Shown: positions 41,920 to 52,548 of the stretch, piece after piece
How the letters are laid out: each line of letters begins with the position of its first letter
How positions within the stretch are numbered: position 1 is the stretch's first letter
From: Gammaproteobacteria bacterium
GTDB lineage: Bacteria > Pseudomonadota > Gammaproteobacteria > UBA4575
Reading direction: 5' to 3'
Length of the DNA: 64,000 nt
Assembly (NCBI GenBank): GCA_965205275.1
Contig: OZ242168.1
Location: forward strand, 756,068-820,067
The notes under the pieces: model-generated
Database searches by the model: none
Told to the model about the DNA's origin: nothing
The model's input: the letters and a program-made list of their open reading frames with translations, nothing else
Made by a program: the position numbers and the translations under genes

Positions 41920-44900
41920 ATGCAACGACTCGAAAACGGCCAATACCTGTACGCGCCATCGGACCTGGTTACCTTCCTCGAGTGCCCTCATGCCAGCTTC
42001 CTAGATATCAAAAGCCTGACCGAAAGGCTGGAAAAGAAAAAGGCAACCGCTACCCAGCAGTTATTGCGACAAAAAGGCTTGGAACACGAAGGCCGTTACC
42101 TGCAAGGCCTGAAGGATGCAGGGAAAAATGTCAGGGAAATTCCTGCAAACAGAAGCCTGGAAGAGCGTGTCGAATTGACGGTTGAGGCCATGTATGCCGG
42201 TGCAGAGGTCATCTATCAGGCGGTTTTTCTAAAGGAACCCTGGTGCGGCTATGCAGATTTTTTACTCAAATGTGATACGCCATCATCGCTGGGTCCTTAC
42301 AGCTATGAGGTACTGGATACCAAACTGGCCCAGACGGCCAGACCCAAGCATATCGTACAGCTGTGTGCATACTCTGAACTGCTGACCGGGGCACAGGGTG
42401 TGCACCCGACAACCATGCATTTGTTTTCAGGAGCCGGAAAGCAGCACAGCTTCAGGGTTTCCGATTTCTTTTCCTACTACGCCCGCGCCAGGCAACGCTT
42501 CGAAGACTATGTCCGGAATCTTCCCGCAGACCCCTATCCTGAACCCTGCACTCATTGTAATTTTTGCGCATGGCAGGATCACTGCACGGCCTGCTGGGAG
42601 GCGGACAACCATTTAAGCCTGGTTGCCAACATCCGGCGCTTCCAGGTGGACAAGCTCCACAAGGCCGGGATCGGGACCGTCGCACAACTGGCCGTAACCG
42701 CTCCCGATCGGGAAATTCCTGACCTGAACCGCGATGTCTTCTCTCGCCTTCGTTCACAGGCCGTGCTGCAGACAGGCAAGGCACAAACGGGCGAGAGCAG
42801 ATTCGAGATCGTCCCGTGTTCTGCCGACAGGGGGTTTGCACGCATGCCTGTGCCGGATGAAGGCGATCTGTTTTTCGATATGGAAGGCGACCCTTTGTAT
42901 CCGAACGGTCTGGAATATCTGTTCGGGGTGCATTACATGCTCGACGAGAAGAAGACTTTCAGGCCGTTCTGGGCGCACAGCCACGAGGAAGAAAAAGGGG
43001 CCTTCAAACGCTTTATGGGGTTCCTGGCCGATCGTCTGGCGAAATACCCGCATGCCCATATCTACCACTACAACCATTATGAAACGACGGCTCTGAAACG
43101 CCTGGCCTGTCGTTATGCGGTATGCGAAGAACAACTGGATACCCTGCTTCGGGCGCAAAAATTTGTTGATCTGTATCAGGTTGTGCGCGAGTGCATCCGC
43201 ACATCCGAGCCCGGCTATTCAATCAAGAACCTTGAAACCTTCTATATGGACAAGCGGGAAAATACGGTGGCTACGGCAGCCGACAGCATCATTGTTTACA
43301 ACCAGTGGCGTGAAACCGGCGAGGATACGTTGTTGCAGGGAATCGTTGAGTATAATGAAATGGATTGCATCTCAACCCGTCTGCTGCGTAACTGGCTCCT
43401 GGAACTGAAACCCGATGGCATACCGTGGTTCAAGGGTTTGCCTGAATACGGAGAAACAGAAGAGCCGCAGCGCAAAGACTGGGAAGTCAGCTACGAAGAC
43501 TATCAAAATCGCCTTGACGTGCAGCAAGATGAATCACCCACTATTCGTGAGCGGCTTTTACATCTTCTGGAGTTTCATAACCGTGAAGCAAAACCCCGGT
43601 GGTGGAGCAGCTTTGAACGGCAAAACAAATTCGAGAATGAACTGATAGACGATACCGAGTGTCTCGGGGGGCTGCGGCAAATCGGACGCCCGGAAACTGA
43701 AGAGCGCTCTCTCATCTATACCTTTGCATTCCCGCCACAGGAGTACAAGTTAAGAGTCGGAAACCCTGTAGTCAATGTTACCGGGATGGAAGCCGCGGGT
43801 ACGATTGTCGAGCTGGATGAAGACCTCTGTACTGTCAGAATCCGGCGCAGTGCAGACAAAGGGCCGCTGCCGGCGTGCTTTTCTGCGGGCCCGTCCGGGC
43901 CGATCAACAGCCGGGGAATCCGCTCTGCCATTTACCGTTATGCCGACCATGTCATTCAAAGACCCGGCGAAACCCATGCGGCCACCGAGCTTCTGGGCCG
44001 CCGCCTGCCACGTATTCACGGCAAGGCGGCCGGTGAACCCATCGTTACCTCACAAGACGTACAGGCCGGGATGCTGCAAGCCGTTGCAGGCCTGGACCGC
44101 AGCTACCTGTTCATTCAAGGCCCGCCCGGCTCAGGCAAGACCTATGCCAGCAGCCACGTCATTGTTGAACTGCTCAAGCGCGGCAAGAGAATCGGCATTA
44201 CCTCCAACTCCCACAAGGCTATTCACAACCTGCTGAAACGCGTGGTGAACGTGGCCGCTGAGAAAAATGTGCGTTTTCAGGGTGTGAAGAAGGCTACCCG
44301 CGGCACCGATGAAACTTTCTTTGACGGGCAGTTCATCCGGAACGAAACCCGTACAGAGAACATCAACCTTGATGCCGACCTGCTTGCAGGTACGGCATGG
44401 CTGTTCTCCCATGCGTATCTGCAAGGGCAGCTTGATTACCTGTTCATTGATGAGGCCGGACAGGTTTCGACCGCCAATGTAGTCGCAATGGCAACATCGG
44501 CACGGAATATCATTCTGGTGGGTGATCAAATGCAACTTGGCCAGCCGGTCCAGGGTATACATCCAGGCGAAGCCGGGCTTTCGGTGCTGGAATTCCTGCT
44601 GGGCGAGCACTCGACTATTTCGCCCGAGCGCGGTATTTTCCTGGACCGGACGTACCGGCTAAGACCAAGTATCTGCCGCTTCATTTCCGATGCATTTTAC
44701 GATGGGCACCTGATGCCCCATGAAAGCACCTCGCTGCGAAGTCTGGACCTGCATGACACGGATTTGCCCAACGAAGGAATTGTCATGATTGCCGCCGAAC
44801 ATGAAAGCTGCTCTCAAAAGAGTGTCGAGGAAGGCGAAATCATCAAGACCAAATACCGGGAATTACTGGGCCAGCCTTTCCGGGACCGGGACGGCAGCAC

Positions 44901-45252
44901 ACGGCCAATCAGCAAAGACGACATTCTTGTGGTCACGCCTTATAACGTACAAGTGAATCACCTGCGCTCCGTGTTGCCAGAAAATGCCAGGGTCGCAACG
45001 GTCGACAAGTTCCAGGGACAGGAAGCTCCCATCGTGCTGATTTCCATGGTGACATCGAGTGCCGAAGATCTGCCCCGGAATGTCGAGTTCCTGTACAGCA
45101 AAAACCGCTTGAATGTAGCGATTTCCCGTGCCCAGTGCCTGGCGATAGTGGTTGCCAATCCAAAGCTGCTCGAAATCCCCTGCAAGACGATTGAGCAAAT
45201 GAAGCTGGCAAATACCTTCTGCCAGCTGGATGAGTACGCTACCTCTCTTTGA
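41920..45252 (+). CDS. fused Cas4/RecB-like Fe-S nuclease plus SF1B (Upf1/Dna2-like, AAA_11/AAA_12) helicase
   Basis: 1110 aa. N-terminus ...YAPSDLVTFLECPHASFL... and CTHCNFCAWQDHC (one N-terminal Cys plus a C-x2-C-x2-C-x5-C cluster) match the Cas4/AddB-type nuclease. C-terminal third has Walker A GPPGSGKT, DEAGQ, and ...VDKFQGQE...NRLNVAISRA... SF1B motifs. Confidence 0.7.
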   Translation: MQRLENGQYLYAPSDLVTFLECPHASFLDIKSLTERLEKKKATATQQLLRQKGLEHEGRYLQGLKDAGKNVREIPANRSLEERVELTVEAMYAGAEVIYQAVFLKEPWCGYADFLLKCDTPSSLGPYSYEVLDTKLAQTARPKHIVQLCAYSELLTGAQGVHPTTMHLFSGAGKQHSFRVSDFFSYYARARQRFEDYVRNLPADPYPEPCTHCNFCAWQDHCTACWEADNHLSLVANIRRFQVDKLHKAGIGTVAQLAVTAPDREIPDLNRDVFSRLRSQAVLQTGKAQTGESRFEIVPCSADRGFARMPVPDEGDLFFDMEGDPLYPNGLEYLFGVHYMLDEKKTFRPFWAHSHEEEKGAFKRFMGFLADRLAKYPHAHIYHYNHYETTALKRLACRYAVCEEQLDTLLRAQKFVDLYQVVRECIRTSEPGYSIKNLETFYMDKRENTVATAADSIIVYNQWRETGEDTLLQGIVEYNEMDCISTRLLRNWLLELKPDGIPWFKGLPEYGETEEPQRKDWEVSYEDYQNRLDVQQDESPTIRERLLHLLEFHNREAKPRWWSSFERQNKFENELIDDTECLGGLRQIGRPETEERSLIYTFAFPPQEYKLRVGNPVVNVTGMEAAGTIVELDEDLCTVRIRRSADKGPLPACFSAGPSGPINSRGIRSAIYRYADHVIQRPGETHAATELLGRRLPRIHGKAAGEPIVTSQDVQAGMLQAVAGLDRSYLFIQGPPGSGKTYASSHVIVELLKRGKRIGITSNSHKAIHNLLKRVVNVAAEKNVRFQGVKKATRGTDETFFDGQFIRNETRTENINLDADLLAGTAWLFSHAYLQGQLDYLFIDEAGQVSTANVVAMATSARNIILVGDQMQLGQPVQGIHPGEAGLSVLEFLLGEHSTISPERGIFLDRTYRLRPSICRFISDAFYDGHLMPHESTSLRSLDLHDTDLPNEGIVMIAAEHESCSQKSVEEGEIIKTKYRELLGQPFRDRDGSTRPISKDDILVVTPYNVQVNHLRSVLPENARVATVDKFQGQEAPIVLISMVTSSAEDLPRNVEFLYSKNRLNVAISRAQCLAIVVANPKLLEIPCKTIEQMKLANTFCQLDEYATSL

Positions 45253-45539
45253 TGATCCATTCGTATGAAAAAACGGATATGTTAAACTTGACATCCGGAC
45301 AGACCTGACGTGACCTGTCCCGGTCAGGCCACATTACTGCCACCTCAGCTGTCCTTACGCGTAAAACCGGTCAGACCACTTTATGCGGATTTCAGCCTCC
45401 AGCGGATGACAAAAAACCATTTTCGAGGCTGATGATGAATACTTTTTATGGCAGGATACTGTCAGGTGAGAAGATTTGCCGAAGTACACATGGGGTTGAT
45501 ACTCATACCAATCGCCGAAAAAAAGGATGAATTAGCAAA

Positions 45540-46220
45540 ATGAATAAGCTGCAAAGCTCTTTTGAGCTGTTATTAAGCCTGGGTGGGCCGGTCGTAATGG
45601 CCCTTTTAGTGTTTTCTGTTATTGGGACTGCAATAATTTTACTGAAAATCTGGCAGTTTTTAGCACTGCGCCTGGGATCGTCCAGGTTTGCGGAAACGGC
45701 CTTACAGGCGTGGCGCAAAAATGAACGGGAAAAAGCCATGGGCATCGTCAAGAACAGAAGCCATCCCGTTGCAAAAGTCCTGCACACGGCCTTTGTGCAA
45801 CGTCAAGCAACGCTGAAAATCTCCATGGAGAATGCACGGGAAGAAACCCTCCGTGTTGCCCGGGCACAACTTGAAAAACTCAGGAGTTATATGCGTATCC
45901 TGGAAGTCATTGCCGCATTAAGTCCCCTGCTCGGACTGCTGGGAACCGTGCTTGGCATGATCAAGGTTTTTCGTGAGCTGGAACTGGCGGGCAGCAAAGT
46001 GGACCCTTCTATCCTGTCCGGCGGGATCTGGGAGGCCTTGCTGACGACTGCCCTGGGTCTGTCCATCGCAATCCCTGCCGTGTTGATGGTGAATTATTTT
46101 GACCGCGTAATCGATCGGATCAGACACCGTATGGAAGATACGGCAACCCAGGTGTTTACCGGTGATGAATCATTACAAAAGATTCATGCCATTGAAGGCG
46201 GATCAGCCTCTGCGACCTGA
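45540..46220 (+). CDS. exbB: MotA/TolQ/ExbB family proton channel
   Basis: 226 aa. Three TM helices, conserved ...LGLLGTVLGMI... region. First gene of an exbB-exbD-exbD-tonB string. Confidence 0.8.
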   Translation: MNKLQSSFELLLSLGGPVVMALLVFSVIGTAIILLKIWQFLALRLGSSRFAETALQAWRKNEREKAMGIVKNRSHPVAKVLHTAFVQRQATLKISMENAREETLRVARAQLEKLRSYMRILEVIAALSPLLGLLGTVLGMIKVFRELELAGSKVDPSILSGGIWEALLTTALGLSIAIPAVLMVNYFDRVIDRIRHRMEDTATQVFTGDESLQKIHAIEGGSASAT

Positions 46221-46222
46221 CC

Positions 46223-46633
46223 ATGCAGATTGCTGCAGCTGAAAAAAAACATAATCTGATCAGCCTTACACCGCTTATCGATGTGGTGTTTATATTGCTG
46301 GTATTTTTTATGCTGATCACGGATTTTGCAAAGTTTTCCATCGTTACACTCAGCGTCGCTCAGGATGAAAATGCAGTCGACACAGAACAAACGAGTTCAA
46401 TTGTACATATATCAAGTAATGGAGAGCTGCGGTTTGATCAAAGGGAAATCAATTTTTCCCAATTGACGGGTCTGGTGAGCAATAAACTCGCTGAAAATGA
46501 AAAGCATATATTTTTCATTCGCCCGAATGATGAAACGCTCCTGCAGGATACGATTTTTGTGCTGGATGAACTGATACCTCTGGCCCCGAACAATATCTCG
46601 TTCCTGCGCGATCTGGCGGAAGATTCGCAATGA
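46223..46633 (+). CDS. exbD: ExbD/TolR family protein
   Basis: 136 aa. Single N-terminal TM (...LTPLIDVVFILLVFFM...). Confidence 0.8.
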   Translation: MQIAAAEKKHNLISLTPLIDVVFILLVFFMLITDFAKFSIVTLSVAQDENAVDTEQTSSIVHISSNGELRFDQREINFSQLTGLVSNKLAENEKHIFFIRPNDETLLQDTIFVLDELIPLAPNNISFLRDLAEDSQ

Positions 46634-47028
46634 CCCTTACGGATTCGACCAAGTCACAGGACTTCGAAAGTGTCCTGCCGCTGATCAACGTTATCTTTCT
46701 ATTGCTGATCTTTCTTGTTCTGGGCGGCATCTTTACAGAACCCGAACTGTTTGATGTGCATCTGCCTGAGTCAATCAGTGACAAACAGGCTGTGGATGAG
46801 CCGGTACAGATACTGCTCAGCAAAGAAGGTGAGCTTGCCTACGATGGAAAGGCAATTTCAGTAGAGCGATTCCAGCAACTGGCACAGCAGATCATATCGA
46901 ATAACCCGGAAGCATTTATTCAGATCAAGGCTGACCAGAAAGTTGCCATGCAAAACGTGTTTGAAATTATGGAGATTATCAAACGAACCGGGTATGAAAA
47001 CTTTCAACTGCTTACCCTGAAAATATAG
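46630..47028 (+). CDS. exbD: ExbD/TolR family protein (second copy)
   Basis: 132 aa. ...LPLINVIFLLLIFLVL... Start overlaps the preceding stop. Confidence 0.8.
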   Translation: MTLTDSTKSQDFESVLPLINVIFLLLIFLVLGGIFTEPELFDVHLPESISDKQAVDEPVQILLSKEGELAYDGKAISVERFQQLAQQIISNNPEAFIQIKADQKVAMQNVFEIMEIIKRTGYENFQLLTLKI

Positions 47029-47045
47029 CGGCTATACGTCAAAAA

Positions 47046-47813
47046 ATGGAAATCGGGATCAAGCACTGGTTTAGCGTACTAAGTCTGGCTGTACTTTTGC
47101 ATGTGTACGCAGCTTTGCATGTAAATCTCACTGGTTATTCAGCAGAATCCGTACATCTGTTCGATCAATACATAATTGATCTAACAACGCTTGCCCTGCC
47201 TCCAAAACAGATCAAGCTGGAACCTTTCGTACCCCCGGCACCCCAGGAAACCAGACCGCCTGAAACAAAGCCTGAACCTGAAGTCAAACCACCCAAACCG
47301 GAGCCTAAACCCAAACCTAAGCCTGAAAAACCTAAAGCCCGTGCACCTGAGGTTACACAACCGAAAGTCGTTGTACCCGAGTTTGAACAACCTGTTCAGG
47401 AAACACAGATCGAACCTGTGGAACCGTCACCGACACCACCGGCTCCTGCACAAGTACCGAGGACTGAAAAAGCGGCAAAAAATACTTCGGCTGCAGCCCC
47501 AAAACCGGGGGTTCAAGCTGCGAAAGCAGATTACGGATATTATCAATTGATACTGGACAGGCTTGAACGGTTGAAGAAGTATCCGTCACGTGCGCGCCGG
47601 CGTGGTGAGCAGGGAACGGTAGTCCTGTCCTTTACATTAAACAGGGATGGCAGCCTGAAGCATTATAAAATCAGGCAAAGTTCAGGCTCCAAAGCCCTGG
47701 ATATTGCGGTCAAGAAACTGATCAAACGTGCAACCCCTTTTCCGGCAGTGCCGGAAAATATCAGCACGGACAAGCTTGAATTGTCGGTACCCATCTCCTT
47801 TGCCCTGAACTGA
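47046..47813 (+). CDS. tonB: TonB energy transducer
   Basis: N-terminal TM helix, Pro/Lys/Glu-rich spacer (PEPEVKPPKPEPKPKPKPEKPK), C-terminal TonB domain (...RRGEQGTVVLSFTLNRDGS...). Confidence 0.85.
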   Translation: MEIGIKHWFSVLSLAVLLHVYAALHVNLTGYSAESVHLFDQYIIDLTTLALPPKQIKLEPFVPPAPQETRPPETKPEPEVKPPKPEPKPKPKPEKPKARAPEVTQPKVVVPEFEQPVQETQIEPVEPSPTPPAPAQVPRTEKAAKNTSAAAPKPGVQAAKADYGYYQLILDRLERLKKYPSRARRRGEQGTVVLSFTLNRDGSLKHYKIRQSSGSKALDIAVKKLIKRATPFPAVPENISTDKLELSVPISFALN

Positions 47814-47953
47814 AAAAGGTACGGGCCGCCTTCCACGATGCCGGACCCGGGCATCCGGACCCTAGGCAGCATGACTTGCAATCCTGTACAAACTCTTGGT
47901 CAGGGCAAATGCCCGCCTGTCTGATCACAGGAAAATGACAGACGGGGCCGGAA

Positions 47954-50647
47954 TCAGAACTGATACTCGAACGACGTGTAGTAAAACCCGCCGTTAAAGC
48001 CAAACGGTGCGGCACGACGGGAGTACGTGAATACCCCGTCCGAGTCGACGATCGTATTGCCCTCGGCATCCACAATCGTACCCGCGTTTGTGCCGCTGAT
48101 CTTGTCCTTGTCCGGTTCCACATCGAAGATATTATCGGCGCCCAGCTTGAATATGCCGGGGCCCAGCTCGTAGCTTAACTGAACATCCGTAATGAATTCA
48201 GCATCATAGGACTGTTTCTTGCTACCCTCCGTAATCCTGTATCGACCGTATCGTTGTACCGAAGCCGAGGCTGCAAACTTCCCAACCCTGTACAGGGCCG
48301 ACAAGGCTGCCCGACTCTTCGGCTGCCACTCCTCGATAATTGACCGCTCCAGCTCGCCAAATAGTGCCTCCGGAAGTCCTGCTGGCAAATTGACTGATTC
48401 GATTTCCGTGTCTGTCCACGATCCCAGCAGCTGCAGTGTCAGGTCCCCTTTTATGTTCATCGGAACCCCCCAGGTCATTACAATATCGGCACCCTCTGTC
48501 ACTGTGTCGGCACCGTTCATAAAAAACTGACCCTTTTCGACGCCTTGCACCGCTTCAAACGCATTGATTACAGATTGTGGAAGCATTTGCTCTGATGAGT
48601 TTGGATCCAACTGCGCACTGATGATGATTCGATCGTCCACCTCAATCCGGTAGAAGTCCGTAGTCAGCGAGAATGAAGGCGACGGCTGCCAGACAAAGCC
48701 ACCACTCCAGTTGACAGATTCCTCTTCCTCTAGTTCCGGGATACCAATGGCCCGGGCAATTTCACTGTCGTTGCGGAATGTTCCCACTTGGAATCCTACA
48801 GTAACATTCTCCTCGTTCACCCGGAACTGGGTACTGATATTGTTGAAGTAGAGCTGCTGCATGGAGGGTGCCCGGAATCCTGAACTGACCGAGGCGCGCA
48901 GGAAAAATGCATCGCTAAGCTCCAGCTTCGAGGCAATCTTGCCGTTGAGCGTATCGCCGAAATCGCTGTAATCCTCGTAGCGCAGCCCCAACCCTAGCTG
49001 AAACTGATCGTTCAACTGAATATCGGTATCAACATAAAATGACTTGGCATGCCGGGTTTCGTTGACTTCGTTGACTGGCTTGAATCCGGTGAAAACCTGG
49101 ATCCCGGCATCACCCCCGCCAGTTCCGTCATAATCCTCGTAGGAATACGGCTCCCCGGCCTTGATTTCGTAGCGGTCCCGTTTGTATTCGGCCCCCCAAG
49201 CGATATCGGCCCTTTTGTATGGCATTGTGAAATCCAGATTCACCGTGGTCAGGTCCAGGCTCAGCTCGCCTGCATCAGCACTGGTCTGCGTGGTCCCGGA
49301 AAAATCGACCCCTGGAAATTCAAATGGCGCCATATACTCGCCGGTGGGATTCAGCATCCTGTTTACCCAAGAGGCGTTATGTGAGTTGCGTATATCAAAT
49401 TCAAAATTGTTGCCCCCGTGGACGAGACTCAAATCGACCGTCAGCCCGCTCTCAAACTCGCGGCGAACCCCTGCACCGATTGAATAATCCTGGATAGTGG
49501 TGTCGATCAGTGGCAGAAAGCCATCAGGGTACACTGCACTCGATGGATCGTCATCCGCGTCATTAAATGCCCCGAGATAAGGATTGCGACTCTTCCGAGT
49601 CGCAGGCCGGTAAAAACCACCGCTCAGGTTGGTCGACCGGGAAAAATCAGCAAAGCCATACAACTCCCCCTGGTCACCCCAGACTGGCTGCACAAAATTC
49701 AGGGTCCCGATGACCTGCTCCTGCTCGGCATCCCCGATGCGGAAATTGCGTCGATCGAAATCCCGCTCCTTGTTGTTCGGGTCGCTGGTAATCGTTGTTA
49801 CGCCATCTTCACCCGTAAGTGTTTTGCTGCCAGCAGCATTCGTGCACACTCCAACCCGATCATCACTCGGGGCTAGGTCCTTACCCGGATCCGTCTCATC
49901 ACATTCAGTATCCGGATACTGAATGATACCGGTTTTCCCGGCCCGGTTAGTCCGGTCCCGTTCATTGTACTCAAGTGCCACGTGCAACACGCCGTCGTTG
50001 CCCAAGGCAAATCCCTTGTTGAAACCGATTGAACGACGCTCGCCGTCCCCTTTGTAGGTGGACCCATACAACCCCTTCAAGGCTCCCTCGTAGTCTTCCT
50101 TGAGAATAATATTGATGACCCCGGCAACGGCATCCGAGCCATACTGGGCCGAGGCACCGTCCCGCAGGATCTCTACCCGCTCGATCGCACTCACCGGAAT
50201 GGCATTCATGTCCGTGCCGGCCGTGCCCCGACCGACCGAGGTGTTTACATGGATCAGCGCGCTTCCATGGCGTCGCTTGCCATTGACCAGCACCAGTACC
50301 TGGTCAGGCCCCATCCCCCGCAAGGTCGCCGGGCGCACTGAATCGGTCCCGTCACTTATCGACGAATTCGAAAAGTTGAATGAGGGGATGATGGCCTGAA
50401 TCGCCTTTCCCAGTTCACTCTGCCCGGTTCGCAGCAGTTCTTCCCCGCTTACCACGTCCACCGGAACGGGGGAATCGGCAACACTGCGCTCTCCAAACCG
50501 GCTGCCGACCACGACAATCTCACCGAGTTGGACAACCTCCTGGCCCTGCACCATCATTGCAGCCAGTAAAAGAACCAGGGTGATAGCAGCCCGGCTCCAG
50601 AAACAGGCGGCAAAAAAATTCTTTTCTATTCTCATGACTTCCCCCAT
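47954..50647 (-). CDS. TonB-dependent outer-membrane receptor
   Basis: 897 aa. Signal peptide, plug-domain motifs, beta-barrel with C-terminal ...YTSFEYQF. Confidence 0.85.
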   Translation of the reverse strand: MGEVMRIEKNFFAACFWSRAAITLVLLLAAMMVQGQEVVQLGEIVVVGSRFGERSVADSPVPVDVVSGEELLRTGQSELGKAIQAIIPSFNFSNSSISDGTDSVRPATLRGMGPDQVLVLVNGKRRHGSALIHVNTSVGRGTAGTDMNAIPVSAIERVEILRDGASAQYGSDAVAGVINIILKEDYEGALKGLYGSTYKGDGERRSIGFNKGFALGNDGVLHVALEYNERDRTNRAGKTGIIQYPDTECDETDPGKDLAPSDDRVGVCTNAAGSKTLTGEDGVTTITSDPNNKERDFDRRNFRIGDAEQEQVIGTLNFVQPVWGDQGELYGFADFSRSTNLSGGFYRPATRKSRNPYLGAFNDADDDPSSAVYPDGFLPLIDTTIQDYSIGAGVRREFESGLTVDLSLVHGGNNFEFDIRNSHNASWVNRMLNPTGEYMAPFEFPGVDFSGTTQTSADAGELSLDLTTVNLDFTMPYKRADIAWGAEYKRDRYEIKAGEPYSYEDYDGTGGGDAGIQVFTGFKPVNEVNETRHAKSFYVDTDIQLNDQFQLGLGLRYEDYSDFGDTLNGKIASKLELSDAFFLRASVSSGFRAPSMQQLYFNNISTQFRVNEENVTVGFQVGTFRNDSEIARAIGIPELEEEESVNWSGGFVWQPSPSFSLTTDFYRIEVDDRIIISAQLDPNSSEQMLPQSVINAFEAVQGVEKGQFFMNGADTVTEGADIVMTWGVPMNIKGDLTLQLLGSWTDTEIESVNLPAGLPEALFGELERSIIEEWQPKSRAALSALYRVGKFAASASVQRYGRYRITEGSKKQSYDAEFITDVQLSYELGPGIFKLGADNIFDVEPDKDKISGTNAGTIVDAEGNTIVDSDGVFTYSRRAAPFGFNGGFYYTSFEYQF

Positions 50648-50764
50648 TATTAATACTTGTCACCCAAAGCCTGATGTCCTGGACTCTTTATGGATGGCTT
50701 GAGCGTGCACTCAGGAAAACTGTGGTTGGTTTCCCGCAGATAATATCTTTTACAAGCGCCTAAT

Positions 50765-51175
50765 ATGCTGGAATTTTTGCTTGAATACAAATATATTTTG
50801 GTTGCCCTGGCCTGGGGTTCCCTGACCCTTTTCATCGCAAGTATCGCCATTATCCCCTGGCTGGTCACAAAGATTCCCGCAGACTATTTCCACAAGGAAC
50901 GCCGTACCTCGATCTACCCCGGCGGCAGACCCCTGTCGCTACAATTATTGGCTGTAACCAAGAATATATGCGGCGGCCTGCTGGTCATACTGGGACTGGC
51001 CATGCTGGTACTGCCAGGTCAAGGCGTGCTCACGATTCTGATTGGCCTGTTTTTAATGAATTTCCCAGGCAAATACAAACTTGAGTGCAGGTTGGTTGCC
51101 GCCCCGAAGGTATTGAATTCATTGAACTGGATTCGAACCAAAGCCAGAAAGCCGCCCCTGATCATCGGGCCATGA
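50765..51175 (+). CDS. hypothetical membrane protein (PGPGW-like)
   Basis: 136 aa. Three to four TM helices. Confidence 0.4.
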   Translation: MLEFLLEYKYILVALAWGSLTLFIASIAIIPWLVTKIPADYFHKERRTSIYPGGRPLSLQLLAVTKNICGGLLVILGLAMLVLPGQGVLTILIGLFLMNFPGKYKLECRLVAAPKVLNSLNWIRTKARKPPLIIGP

Positions 51176-51297
51176 TGCCTGCGACCGTGTCATTACGCGG
51201 CCCGGCATTATCTGCTAAAGTCACGTCATGACTACCGCGACTGCACGGACAACGTGCCAGACCCTTCCGCATGGGCCGGCACCCCAGACGACATCCC

Positions 51298-51639
51298 ATG
51301 AGTGATACGATCTTTTCCAGGATCATCAGCCGGGAAATCCCTGCTGAAATCGTATTTGAAGACGACCTTTGCCTTGCCTTTAACGATGTCAACCCGCAGG
51401 CGCCGACCCATATCCTCATTATCCCCAAAAAGCCGATCGCCAGACTTGCAGAGGCCGGCGATGAAGATCAGGCTCTGCTGGGCCACCTGCTGTTAAAAGC
51501 CAGGGATATCGCAAACAGCCTGGGGTGCGGAGATGCCTACCGGATAGCCATCAACAACGGTGAGCAGGCAGGCCAGACCGTATTTCACCTGCACCTCCAT
51601 CTGCTGGCGGGCCGGCCCTTCAGCTGGCCGCCCGGATAG
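51298..51639 (+). CDS. HIT family (histidine triad) hydrolase
   Basis: HLHLHLL histidine triad. Start at MSDTIF. Confidence 0.85.
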   Translation: MSDTIFSRIISREIPAEIVFEDDLCLAFNDVNPQAPTHILIIPKKPIARLAEAGDEDQALLGHLLLKARDIANSLGCGDAYRIAINNGEQAGQTVFHLHLHLLAGRPFSWPPG

Positions 51640-51644
51640 AAAAA

Positions 51645-52535
51645 TCAGTCGGCCAGCAGTTGCTTGCGCGCCTGTGCAAGGTGCTTGCGTGCCCCTGCAT
51701 CAGGAGTCGGGTATTTCAGGTCAAGATTCTGCAGGGATTTCTTGAGGATTCTGGCTACGCTATAGTGCATGAAAGGTTTGTCATCGGCAGGGATTACGTA
51801 CCACGGTGCCCAGGGCTTGGAGGTCACCCTGATCATCTGTTCATAAGCGGCCATATAGTCTTGCCAGTATTTCCGCTCCTGCAAATCCGAGGGCGACCAT
51901 TTCCAGTGCTTCTCTTTTTTGTTAATTCTGCGCAGAAACCTTCTTTTTTGCTCTTCTTGTGAAACGTTCAGCCAGAATTTCAGAATCACGGTACCGTTTC
52001 TTGCCAGATGTCTCTCTATATCGCAAATGGACTCATACCGCTCCTGCCATACCGTTTCCAGGTTAATATGGCGAGGAAGGTTCTGAACTGCAAGCATTTC
52101 GGGATGAACACGTACAACCAGCACCTCTTCGTAGTAACTGCGGTTAAAAATACCGATATGCCCTTTTTCCGGCAAGCATCGGTAGGTACGCCATAAAAAA
52201 TCATGCGCCAGTTCACGGTCTGAAGGCTTCTTGAATGAATACACCTGGCAGCCCGCCGGATTGATGCCTGTCATGACTGCACGGACCGTGGAATCCTTGC
52301 CGGCAGCATCCATCGCCTGGAAAATCAAAAGCACGGCATGGTGGCCATGTGCATACAGGACAGACTGGAGCGCCTGCATCTCCTTGATTATTGTGCTCAG
52401 TTTCCTTTTATAGTCCCTGGAACTCAGTGTCGTTGCAGGAGGTTCTGTCGGAGCGGAACTCACGGTAAAACTCCCATCATCAGGGATTAAATACGGCGAA
52501 TCCGTTGCCTGAAACATTTTCCTGCCTCGACTCAT
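51645..52535 (-). CDS. polyphosphate kinase 2 family (polyphosphate:nucleotide phosphotransferase)
   Basis: Walker A-like MDAAGKDS, PPK2 lid region. About 290 aa, typical of single-domain PPK2. Confidence 0.8.
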   Translation of the reverse strand: MSRGRKMFQATDSPYLIPDDGSFTVSSAPTEPPATTLSSRDYKRKLSTIIKEMQALQSVLYAHGHHAVLLIFQAMDAAGKDSTVRAVMTGINPAGCQVYSFKKPSDRELAHDFLWRTYRCLPEKGHIGIFNRSYYEEVLVVRVHPEMLAVQNLPRHINLETVWQERYESICDIERHLARNGTVILKFWLNVSQEEQKRRFLRRINKKEKHWKWSPSDLQERKYWQDYMAAYEQMIRVTSKPWAPWYVIPADDKPFMHYSVARILKKSLQNLDLKYPTPDAGARKHLAQARKQLLAD

Positions 52536-52548
52536 AAAAAGGAACCTC

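Noticed and set aside
45253-45540. Inverted repeats (ggacag...ctgtcc / cctgac...gtcagg) downstream of the nuclease-helicase gene as a terminator
   Set aside because: Stems are short and overlapping, and no U-tract follows. Cannot be distinguished from chance.
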